Shown: positions 53,801-64,000 of the stretch, in pieces
Layout of the letters: each line of letters starts with the position of its first letter
How positions within the stretch are numbered: position 1 is the stretch's first letter
DNA from: Podarcis bocagei
Taxonomy: Eukaryota
Length of the DNA stretch: 64,000 nucleotides
Assembly (NCBI GenBank): GCA_964188305.1
Contig: OZ076888.1
Strand: one strand, 5' to 3'
Notes under the pieces: generated by a model
Database searches by the model: none
Told to the model about the DNA's origin: nothing
Seen by the model: only the letters and a program-made list of their open reading frames with translations
Made by a program: the position numbers and the translations under genes

Positions 53801-56331
53801 GCAAGCCAATGTGTCCTTATCATATTGCTTTTTAGAAATACCACTATTCAATAAACTAAAGCTCAAACCACCCTTGGACGCCCTGCAGTGTCAGAAACTG
53901 AGATATGAAAGCTAGGAGCCAAATAGCACCTTAAATTTAGGTTATGGGCGCAACAATGGAATGTCCAGGTGCGCTTTTTTATAACAAGAATACAAAGCTG
54001 AAAATGAACTACAGCTAAAATACCATGTTCATTTTTCACATGGTCTAGTCCTTCCCCTGCCCACCCCCCTTATATTCTTAAGAGGGTCTCTTCTCCAGTC
54101 TTCAGAGAGGAGCTAGAATTGGGGAGGGAGAAAAGGGTCCTCCCTTCCTTCCACTCTGCGGTTTTAATGTGAAATCTCAGGGTGCAGTATTGTGTCCAGA
54201 GCTCAAAAACTGCTTGTGCTAATGAAATTCCCTGTCGCAAAATGCACTGAGAACAATGGAAGTTTCGAACACTGACAGACACCCTGTCCAATTTCCTATG
54301 ACTAGTACCATTCAGCTGCTTTCAAACCAATTTCTAAGGAAGCCTGACACTCTAGGGATTGCTAAAGAACTTTAAAATTTCATACACATGTATAGTGAGA
54401 GATTACCAGGACAGTGAGAGAAATAAAAGGAAGTGGTGAGCAAAAAGCAAAGAAAAGTCAAGCTTATTTTTTTTTAAAAAAGGAAGTAACATTGCTGATT
54501 TTAGGAACTGCAATTATTCCCATCCCAAACAAAAACTGCTAATGAGGCACTTTAAAGAATGCAGTCTACCACATAAGTTTTTCAGATAGAGGAAAAAACA
54601 TGAAATGTTGCTATTCATCACATATTTCAATCCATGCTGATACCATGACAAGTATTTGGAAGTAAGTGGTTGTATGCAGAAGAAGAAAAATGTATTCTTT
54701 TTTTCTGCCAGATAATATATTGATTGTCTTTTTAAAGGGCACAATCCTATGGACACTGGGAGGGATCTGAGCCCATAAAAATTTCTAGATCTTCTTCTCT
54801 GCAGGCAAAGAGTATGTATTTCAAGGGAGTGTCAGGGAAGCAAAGTGTGCTATACTTGATGTCAGAGGACTGCCATCGCAACAGGGGAGGGGGGGCAGGA
54901 GAATACAGAGAGCCTCCGAGCAGCGAGGGAAGCCACACCTCCAGTGGAGCAGAGCGGGAAGTGGATAGCCAGGCGAGGGGAGGGCTCAAAGATGCGACTC
55001 AGAGCCCAAGCGCCTCACCTAGCCCAGCTGGCCAGGAAATAGACATGCCGTTTCCGTCACCCAGCTTGCGCAGAGGGGTGAAACGTAAGGAAGGGAGGTG
55101 GAGATTTGGGGTGTCTAAGTTCTTATGTTGGGGGAGAAACCGGAAGGGGCCACTCCCAAAATCTGCAAGTGACTGAGACGGACATGAACTTTGGGGTTCT
55201 GCACTGTAAATAGTTTGCACCAATAAAACCTGTAAAAGACAGGTCGGAGTCCTGCCTGGTTACTCGCGAGCAACAACTTCCAAACCTGACATTTGTCATC
55301 AGGGCCATCTTAAGCATATGCGGCACCAGGGTGCAAAGATTCGCCCGGCACCCCTAGGTTGTCCAAAGTTGTTGACTTTTTTTAGGGAGAGAACCGCCAA
55401 AGTTGTTGACCCTTTTTAAAGAAATAGCTGTTTGCCTTTAGAACGGTTGTGGGGCATATGAAGGTGGGTGCGGGTTCCATGCTTGGGGGGGGGGACAAAA
55501 TGTCGGGTGGCACAGTCGCAGCGCTGTACACCCGCTGCCTCCCCCCCCGAATGGCGGCTAATTGTTTTGGCCGGACGTGTAGCACGCGTAGTGTGGGCAC
55601 TGCATGACGCATCTCGTTGTGTGTGCCAAGCTGAGGGTTCCTTTGCTGGCTTTTCTGCTGTTGGCGCACGCTCCCAGTACCACCCAACGTGGGGTGCCAG
55701 CACAGAACAATGGGGAGTGCAAGTGGCAGCGGAAGAAAAATCTCCAGATGGGATCCGCGCACTCCTATTCGTCAGGTTTTGTTGCTGCCGTCGGCAGATC
55801 CTGCCCGGAGATGTTTCCTCTGCTGCTGCTTGCATTCCCTATCGTTCCGCACTGCTACCCCACCTTGGGCAGTGCTGGGAGCGTGCGCCGACAGCGGAAA
55901 AGCCAGCAAAGGAACCTGCAGCTCAGTGCATGCAACAGGATGTGTCATGCAGTGCCCACATTATACGGTGCTCTGGGCACAGTGCCGAAACAGTTAGCCG
56001 CCATGCAGCTGGGGCAAGAGCCGACAGCCAAGCAGAGCAGAGCCCGTTGGAGTGCCGCAAGCGGCTCGGTGACAGTTTGGGGCTGAGCGTTGGAGTCCGG
56101 GAAAGAGCCACCCGCAGCAGAAGACCCCGTGGTGCTCCAACAGGCTCTGCTCTGCTGTCAGCAGCTCTTCCCTGGACTCCAACGCTTGACCCCGGACTCT
56201 CGGCCTGGTGCCATGCACCCCTAGCACCAACGGTTAAGACGGCCCTACCTGTCATGTTGCTGGAGTGAGGGGAAACCAATGGGAAGCAAAGTTTTTAAAA
56301 GATGAAAGATATAGGGGGGAGGAAAATGCAG

Positions 56332-56366
<35 letters not shown>

Positions 56367-58717
56367 ATTTTGCTCCGCTGGCACAGGCTTTGCTCCTTCC
56401 TACCCAACCGTAGAATTGCTCTTCCTGATTCTTCAGTGGAGATCAAAATAGCTGCTTAGTCTCATGCAAAGTAGTGAGTGATACAGATGTTCCACTGGGC
56501 TTCCATTATTATTTTCTTTGAACAACCTTTCTGACATTCTTGCAAACTGTTCTTTGTTTTAAAAATTGTCATGCAGTACAGATGAGGAAAGGAGAACAGA
56601 CGAAATAAAAGGAGGAAGTGGGAATGGAGAAGTGATCAAAACTAATTTCATAGCACTCTGGACCCTGACCATTATCCTGAAGCAAAGCAACTGAAACATG
56701 ACCAGACCTCTGATATAACTGATTTTTCTGTAGCTTTGGTTGTAAACTTACAAGAGTCCAAATCATAAACAGCGTAATCCTAAAAATGCCTTTTTGGAAG
56801 TAAGTTCTGTTGAATTCACTGGGGATCACTACCAAGTAAGTGTACCTAGGAATGCAGCCTTAGTCAATGGTAGTATGCTTTTTACCCCCTCACTGACAGC
56901 TACTCTACAGGAAATCATTCACATTCCACAGAAGTGTCCTGCATTTTGATTCACTTTTTCTAAACACCAAACTATTTCTAGAAGTCAGCTGAATGCTTTC
57001 CCAGAAACCCTGGAAGTCTCAATGAGTCTGGATTGAAAGAGAATAAGTTACATAAGAACAATTTCTCTGCCTCCAAAAGCAACGACTTTTGAGTTCGTTG
57101 TCATTGTGATAAACCACTTTCTAACTATACAAAGCATAAGATACATGCATAACTCTTTTAAGCCATGCGTTCAGAAAATGTAATACTCCTGTTTAAAGAA
57201 AATATTAGAACAAAAGGAACAATATGAAAGTTAAAACATAAAACTTATTTATTATTTGCTGTTCTTAACTACAAAAAAGGCATTTCACATTTATGGTGCA
57301 GAAAAAAAAGTTACTACTACTTTTATTTTTTTACCAATGACAGTATATAGCCACATGTGTTGTGCCAGAGATTTAAAAATCCAATTAACAAAATCCATCA
57401 CAATGATAAATACATCCAACTTCAATATCTGAAATATTAACTTCTACGACTAAAGCACTTCTGCATGTAAGTTAATTTCATAGCGTCTGTATTCAGTTTC
57501 AGCTTTTAATTTTAGAATATCTTACTATATATAGATTTACTAGATTTAGGGTTCAAGTGCAAGGTAACAGTAAATGGCTTGTTTATTCACAGAGAAATGA
57601 GACCATAGTATGAATAACGTATTGAGGTTAAAACTTCAAACAAAGCTATTAAAAATGGATGATGGGGAAATGGTTCAGAGTAAGGTTCAAGTAAAATCTT
57701 CTGGCTTTCTCACAAGTGCAGAGGCACTTTACCAATTGCTTTTATTCAGATTTTTTTTTAAAAAAAGAACAAAATGAACATTTACAACAGCATAACCATC
57801 GCTTTTAACAACCTAGCAGCTGAAAGCAAGCTGCACGTCTCAATGGTATGCATCCAATACATAGTTGTTTAACAGTCAGATTTGCCTTAGTGTTGTATGG
57901 AAAGTAACACAGCAACACTGGGTCAAAAGTTGAAACACTGACTGGCAGTAGAGATTAAAAACATGAATTTCATTCTCTCCATTTCTGAAGTTCTATGCAA
58001 AGGTAAGAGACACCTTGCTTGAACACAATAATGGATTATCTTCCTTTCAGGAATTACAGACAAAGGATTGTAACCAACACTGTCTGAACACAAGTGGGAC
58101 ATCCACTTCCACAACAGAACTTCACTTTCCTCTCCTCCCCCTACAATCCCATGCTTACCCCCAAAATTTGCTACCAGTCACTCTGATGTCACAATGACAT
58201 CAGGTGACGGACACATCTCAAAGTGCAGTGCTGAAGAACCTGACAATCAACTAGTTGTTGAAGGCTTTGGAACCTCTGGCTCACAGGCCAGATTTGCCCC
58301 ACCATATCTTCCCATTTGGGCTGCAGAGTCATTTCAGCAATGATCCGCCTTACCAGGGCAGCTGGGCATGGGCTGGTCAAAACAGCCTTGTGGGCCAAAA
58401 GGGAAGCCCTGGTGGGCCAAATCAGTCCCACAAGCAGATACTGACTACACCAGGACAGAGGAACAATTTTAGTCAACGCTGCAGCCACTAAGTCATGAAG
58501 CACTGAATGAACATGGGTATTTGTGCCAAGAGCTTGCATGTGTGAATGGGACATCACAGGCAACAGCGAATAAAACCCATAGAGCAAGGGGTGCTGGACA
58601 CCAATTCCCATCAACCCCAGCCAGCACGGCCAAAAGTAAGAGACAATGGGAGTTGGGAGTCCAGTGAAATCTGAAAGGGCATGTAGTTTAAAGCCTACAT
58701 GTAAAAAACTTGCCACC

Positions 58718-58750
<33 letters not shown>

Positions 58751-61136
58751 TTAATAGTTGCTTTTCTGTGTAAGAATGAACCGTAACGCAAAATGTCTGA
58801 GATGAAATAATGTAAATAACAAAGTCATATTTTTGGCTTCCTTCCAGACTGGGATCAGGAAGTTGTCAAGGGCTCTAGGTTCCATGAGAGCCAACTCATA
58901 GCTCATCAATATCATCCACCAAACCCATATGAGAAATCTTGCATTTCTTGTGTGTCCTCTAACTGCTGCTGCAAGGTTAAGCTCACAATTAAACTGCAGT
59001 TAAATTTACTGGTTAGCCATTTTATCTTGCACTGCACTGCTGTTTTATTGTTTTGGTAGTTTTGTAATATTTGTAGCAATACCAGCCAGCCAGTGAAGTG
59101 TGAGTTACAAGTTTCATAAACAAGCAGACTACTTGAGTTCTGCAACTTGTTCAGCTGCAAATTATGAATATTTAGGACTACCAAACACACACCACATTTA
59201 CTTCTGCCTAATAACAACCAGCGTACACATCTACAAAATTCCAGACAAAGTTCTTAACAGTCCAATCCCATCCAAAAATCCAGTTTGTTCAATGGGATTT
59301 GATTCAAGATGACTATAAATGTACCTAGTCTCTAAACCAATACTGTTCTGCAGCGCAAAAAGTATAGATTTTGGATTATGTTTCTAGGTTGCATAAAGAC
59401 TATGAGTGTCACACTCAGAAGGGGCAACATATTTGATTACAATGGGTCCAAGTATAACTAACGTTGAATAGCATCCTCTGTTCTAGCAACTAGCTAAGAT
59501 GCATGTTGTTTCAGGAAATATATTTATTTCAGAATAGGAAAACTAATTTAAAGCCATTCTTTTCTTGCAGATTTAAATTACTTTGATTTAATATATTCTA
59601 CCAATAGATCTCTTCAATGGACTACATTCACACAAGCAACTACCAAGCAACAACTGTGCAATTATTTGTACATTTATGCAAGAACTACCCGATCTACTTA
59701 AACTTAAATTGAAGCCATAATTTGAACCCCTGCCACATCATTTTATGACTCATCTAATCCAAATTTGTTCCCCACCTCCACAGATACAGAAAGTTTATTA
59801 TTCTTATGCATGCAGACTAAAATATTTTTTGGGTTCTGAGTAAACTATTCAACTGCAAGTGACTGCCACAAAGCACTAGCAACTTCTGTTTACATTTCCA
59901 TCCATTTGTTAAGGCAAACATATACTCAAAAATACTCAAAAATATTCTTGAAAAGTTTCAGCTGCAGTTTCTTTTAATTGTTTTAGGCAGTGCTTTTTTC
60001 TGGAGGTACACAAACCCCTAAACATTTTGTGAATCTAAGTTTGGCCTTATTCAGGGACAGTATTTCAACATGAGTAGGAAAATGAGAGTACCCCTAAACA
60101 TTTTCTTTTAGAAAAAAAGCACAGGTTTTAGGTACTGTGGGAACTCTTCAGAGCAGGGTAAAAATGATTATCTTGCTATATAATGTTTTTGTAAGGAAAA
60201 AAGTGGCCATGCTGCAAGTCACACGGCAACAGCAGGCAGATTCAGCCAGCAAAGCAGGCAGGCTGAGGGTGTGAGTGGGCTGACCAGCACAGCGAGCAGA
60301 CAGGTAGCCCAGGAAGACCTTTCCATGCTCCTTGTGTCACCACCCGGCACCCAACCTTTCCTTTGCACCCACAACAGGGGTCTGAATGTGCAAGCAGCCC
60401 AGCTGAGCAAGCAGGCAGGTCTTCCCTTGCTCCCCACCCTTGCTGCTGCTGCTGCTGCTGCCACCCACAATTCACTGAAACCTCCCCACTCCACATCCCC
60501 AGATAACTTGCTCCAATCTCAAGATCCCACTGCTACCGGCAGAGAAAAGGGGAGAGAAGAAGAGAACTCTCCTCTTCACCCCGGGCAACCGCACACTTCA
60601 TTCTGCCAGTGTCACAGAGCATGGGGAGAAAGACTTTCTCCTCTTCATTCCCCTCTCCTCTGCAAGGGGCAGAGCAGCAGGATCTTGAGATTGGGATGAT
60701 CTGTGAAAGGGTGGGGAGGAGAGAGTTTCCAGCAGACTGTGGGGGAGAGGAGAGTTTGGGGCAAACCATGGGAGAGGAAGATTGGGGAATGGGGTGGCAG
60801 GTGGGGAGCGGAAGTAGCTGGGAGGGGTCTGGGAGGGCTGAAGGACCTGTGAGGGACAGTGGGGTTGGCAGGGTAGGCAAGCAACACTAGCAGGAGTGGC
60901 AGTCCCTAGTAAATAAATTAACATTAAGCAGGACTACCTTACAGAAGTCTGCTCTATGAAATTCCAAGGACAAAATGGGAAAAGATTTGCATATCATTTT
61001 ACAGACGCTCACCTGCTGAATTATCTTGGAGTCTTTCTGTACGTTTTCTTTCGGTGGGACTTTTCCAAACAACTTCCAGCCAGGAGCGCTGTGGACAGCA
61101 GGTCTGAGTTCCTTTGTCCTTTTAGCAAAGAAGTTC
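31723..61136 (-). CDS. TBC1D12: TBC1 domain family member 12 (TBC/Rab-GAP domain), 5'-partial: exons 2-13. Exons (high-low): 61136-61013, 45622-45507, 44999-44917, 42992-42875, 42340-42234, 41242-41162, 39200-39106, 36513-36442, 34899-34771, 34163-34054, 33250-32992, 31791-31723 (TAA)
   Basis: Translation: [28 protein letters not shown]...[45 protein letters not shown]...[27 protein letters not shown]...[11 protein letters not shown]...[13 protein letters not shown]...[22 protein letters not shown]...[10 protein letters not shown]. The IxxDxxR and YxQ fingers are intact. The SPALKS C-terminus and the NOC3L neighbourhood favour TBC1D12 over its paralog TBC1D14. Confidence 0.95.
32815..32860. 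repeat. (GA)n microsatellite
   Basis: Read directly from the sequence. Confidence 0.95.
33373..33616 (-). mobile_element. 5'-truncated Sauria SINE
   Basis: Homologous to 61252-61614, with a 14-bp TSD GGTATTTTATTTAG (33359-33372, 33617-33630). Confidence 0.9.
35448..35968. mobile_element. Degenerate hAT-like element
   Basis: Starts CAGGGCTGGGAAAC and has a decayed right end. Flanks CTCTAGAC / CTCTAAAT match at 6 of 8 positions. Confidence 0.45.
36239..36284. repeat. Compound (TG)n(CG)n microsatellite
   Basis: Read directly from the sequence. Confidence 0.95.
37186..37623. mobile_element. Non-autonomous hAT element
   Basis: CAGAGGTCACCAAC...GTTGGCGACGCTG termini with a perfect 8-bp TSD CATTAGGT. 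Confidence 0.8.
52499..52860. mobile_element. Tc1/mariner-superfamily MITE (CCGTA termini)
   Basis: TA|CCGTATTTTCCCGTGTATAA...TTATACACGGAAAAATACGG|TA. Confidence 0.85.
53959..54274 (+). repeat. Direct repeat, copy 1 (paired with 62566-62881)
   Basis: Aligns by eye end to end with 62566-62881, for example CAAGAATACAAAGCTGAAAATGAA, TTTTTCACATGGTCTAGTCCTT and GCTAATGAAATTCCCTGTCGCAAAATGC. Confidence 0.9.
54860..55291 (+). mobile_element. Solo-LTR-like element
   Basis: TGTCAG...CTGACA ends (alternative 5' end TGTCAGG at 54830), a purine-rich U3-like interior and AATAAA at 55222-55227. No clean TSD. Confidence 0.5.
55300..56247. mobile_element. Non-autonomous hAT element with a long internal palindrome
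   Basis: CAGGGCCATCTTAA...TTAAGACGGCCCTA termini. Flanks TTTGTCAT / CCTGTCAT form a 6/8 TSD. Confidence 0.75.
56335..56364. repeat. (AC)n microsatellite
   Basis: Read directly from the sequence. Confidence 0.95.
58727..58750. repeat. (AG)n microsatellite
   Basis: Read directly from the sequence. Confidence 0.9.
59988..60124. mobile_element. Short hAT MITE
   Basis: CAGTGCTTTTTTC...GAAAAAAAGCACAG termini with a perfect 8-bp TSD GTTTTAGG. Confidence 0.85.
60441..60461. repeat. (TGC)7 trinucleotide repeat, intronic
   Basis: Read directly from the sequence. Confidence 0.9.
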
Positions 61137-61251
61137 CTGTTAAAAAACGCACAAAGAAGTTTAAAACTGAAGGTGTGTTTGCTGGAGTTTATATCAATTT
61201 CTTGAACCTAAATATCAAGATGAACAATTAATCACAGCTACTTTCTACAGA

Positions 61252-61614
61252 GTGGGACACGGGTGGCGCTGTGGGTTAAACCACAGAGCCTAGGACTTGC
61301 CAATCAGAAGGTCGGCAGTTCGAATCCCCACGACGGGGTGAGCTCCCGTTGTTCGGTCCCTGCTCCTGCGAACCTAGCAGTTCAAAAGCATGTCAAAGTG
61401 CAAATAGATAAATAGGTACCGCTCCGGATGGAAGGTAAACGAAGTTTCCGTGCGCTGCTCTGGTTCACCAGAAGCGGCTTAGTCATGCTGGCCACATGAC
61501 CCGGAAGCTGTCTGTGGACAAACGCTGGCTCCCTCAGCCAATAAAGCGAGATGAGCGCTGCAACCCCAGAGTCGGCCATGACTGGACCTAATGGTCAGGG
61601 GTCCCTTTACCTTT
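61252..61614 (+). mobile_element. Full-length Sauria SINE
   Basis: tRNA-like head with A-box (GGTGGCGCTGTGGG) and B-box (GTTCGAATCC), a CCTTTACCTTT tail and a 13-bp TSD TACTTTCTACAGA (61239-61251, 61615-61627). Confidence 0.92.
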
Positions 61615-62565
61615 TACTTTCTACAGATTGTTTTTCGGAGTGGGGGGGTAAGGAGAGGGAAAGAGACTGCTATGTCAAAACTTATGAAATTAATATTTTT
61701 TAAACTTTCCCTTGCTCAGGCCTAGTTAACAGCACAACACTTAGGAGGAGGTAGGTGACTGGGGGCTCCAGGTAAGCTGTGGAGACGGAGTCAGGACACG
61801 ACAAAAGAGCATCACATCAACTATCCTGCTCTGCAGCCCACGTCACACCAATGCTACCACGTCAGAGGAGAGAGGTGGGTGGCTGGCCCAGGCAAGCCAT
61901 GGAAGAACAAGTCTAAGGGGAGAAGAGTATGGCGTGCTGTAAGGAAAAGGAGTTGGCAAGAAAACTGACCGAAGTCCCATCTCCTAGCCAAGTAATATTG
62001 AAGTAAGCAGTTACTCTTACTTTTTGGTCCATGTTTGCAAAATAAAAGAAAGAATGGCCTCCCTGTTAAAGATTTCTGATTTATAGCATCTTGCTGAAGG
62101 GAGGCCCTTTATCATTAGAGTGAAGCCTATTATCATTAAACATAAATAGTGATATTTCAGTGTATTTTTCTTTTTGCTTCAAGGTATACATTCTAGCAGA
62201 GAAAGGGCTAGGAAGACATGCACAAGTCAAAAACAAGTACCAGTTTGCCTAACCATCTTTAAATAAGAAATACCGTATTTTTGGGACTAGATTCTGAAAT
62301 TTTATTGTGGTTTCTGTAAGATTTAAATGTGTGGGCATGGCAGCAAAAATAATCCATGCACAGTCTGGGGGGTGGACAGGTTCCAGGGAGAAACAGTAAT
62401 CTAATGTTTGGCAAGTATTTAGCACTTGTATCGACATGAAGTTGAGCTTGTGTAATCAATGTTATATGGTTATGTATCTTTAGTTGGCTACCTGGTTCTG
62501 CAAGGAAGCATTTATGCCTGATGAGCAATTTCTCATTCTGTGTGAGCAGCAACAGCCTTCCCCCA

Positions 62566-62881
62566 GAATGTCTAGGAGTGCTTTTTATAGCAAGAATACA
62601 AAGCTGAAAATGAATGAACTGCAGCTAAAATATTATGTTGATTTTTCACATGGTCTAGTCCTTCTCCTGCCCACCCCCCTAATATCCTTAAGAGGGTCTC
62701 TTCTCCAGTCTTCTGAGAGGAGCTAGAATTGGGGAGGCAGGAAAGGGTCCTCCTTTCCTTCCACTGCAGTTTTAATCTGAAATCTTAGGCACAGTATTGA
62801 GCCCAGAGCTCAGAAACTGCTCATGCTAATGAAATTCCCTGTCGCAAAATGCGCCAAGAACAATGGGAGTTTCAAATACTG
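62566..62881 (+). repeat. Direct repeat, copy 2 (paired with 53959-54274)
   Basis: Same alignment as copy 1. Confidence 0.9.
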
Positions 62882-64000
62882 CTTGCTAGTTATTCACAAG
62901 GCTGATGTACAAGTACTAATTTTATGAACTATATTTCCTTTCCAACTGAGAACACAGGGATGTTCTTCTTGCTTCCTTTTTGTTGGCAAAAATTAGGTAA
63001 CACATACGGAATAGTAGCATTAGCCTTCCTTCCATAATTTTCTATTGGAAAGTGAAAATACACATTCCAGTTCTGTGGGAGGAGGACGAATGTTGTAATG
63101 CAAAGAAGCAACCACAGCAGAGAAGCCTGCCAAGCAAGTCCATGAGAGGACTATCCCTCACTGCAAAAACCCCTAGACAGTGATGGGAAATCTGTCACCT
63201 ACACAGAATACAAACGATAAACCTTGGTGAATCCATCCAATCTCAGCCTAGCTGTACAGTCCATATATTTTGCTCAGGGCTGGAAGAGCTAAAGTTGATG
63301 CAACAAATGCTGTTCTGCTGTCATGAACATTTTATATTTGAATTATCTCCAATGATTAAGTAGCTTTGATTTAACTACCGGTATTTTAGTGTTTAATAGT
63401 AATTTAACTGGCATTTATACTAGGTAGAAAGAGGTGAACCAAGAAAGCATGGTTTTTTTCACCATCTATGAAAATGTAGGCACACCTTTGCCATTTCTGT
63501 AACATCAAAATACTGTCATGGCGTTTAAGAAACTTTCAACTAAAGGTATCCTGCTCTAGCAGACACAGTGTATAACATTTTTAAATTTTATATAAAGAAT
63601 TGTCACTGCATTGGCACATTAGTCACCCAACTAAGCAAGCAAACCCCTCCCCCCCCCAATATTTCAGGTCCAAATAATGCATTATGTAGCACTTGTAACA
63701 GGGTATCGTCACCTATCAAAGTCAACCTGGCCACATAAACAGCAACCAGTTGTGGCTTCTCTGCACAGCCTTGGGTGTCAACAGGCCCCTCCCTTTATTT
63801 CTCTTGTCACTGGCAGCAGATACGAAGCCAGGGAAGGCGCATGAGTGTGTCTTAGAACATGGGAGGAAAGTGGAAAGGTGAAGAAAGTATGCATAAGCAG
63901 CCATTATGGTGCTATATTGCTCTTTCTATGTAGACCAGTACTCCCAGCCGTACCTAAGCTGCCAATCCAGGGACTGGAAAATGGACAGAAATCTTGATAG

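Noticed and set aside
55468-56268. 266-aa ORF and overlapping ORFs
   Set aside because: They lie inside a GC-rich palindromic non-autonomous transposon and show no transposase motifs.
61254-61335. tRNA-like sequence with A and B boxes
   Set aside because: It is the head of a Sauria SINE (TSD and tail present), not a tRNA gene.

Overview
This is eukaryotic (vertebrate) genomic DNA, almost certainly from a squamate reptile and probably a lacertid lizard, judging by full-length Sauria-type SINEs and typical lizard hAT and Tc1/mariner MITEs. It holds three spliced genes that I reconstructed exon by exon from GT-AG boundaries and frame continuity. (1) The last four coding exons of PLCE1 (+ strand, stop at 4432-4434), with a probable intron in the 3' UTR. 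(2) The complete 21-exon NOC3L (- strand, 27636 to 11529, 796 aa) with its CpG-island promoter. (3) Twelve coding exons (2-13) of TBC1D12 (- strand, 61136 to 31723); exon 1 lies beyond the window. The rest is introns with SINEs, an L1 3' fragment, many MITEs (several with exact TSDs), a solo-LTR-like element and microsatellites. I found no prokaryote-style system and no novel protein-coding gene. The most notable observations are TBC1D12 lying in tandem just upstream of NOC3L (divergent in human as I recall it) with an in-frame read-through splice possible, inverted MITE copies bracketing the last PLCE1 exons, several long palindromes, and a 316-bp direct repeat flanking TBC1D12 exon 2. Gene identifications rest on recalled human protein sequences, not on a database search.
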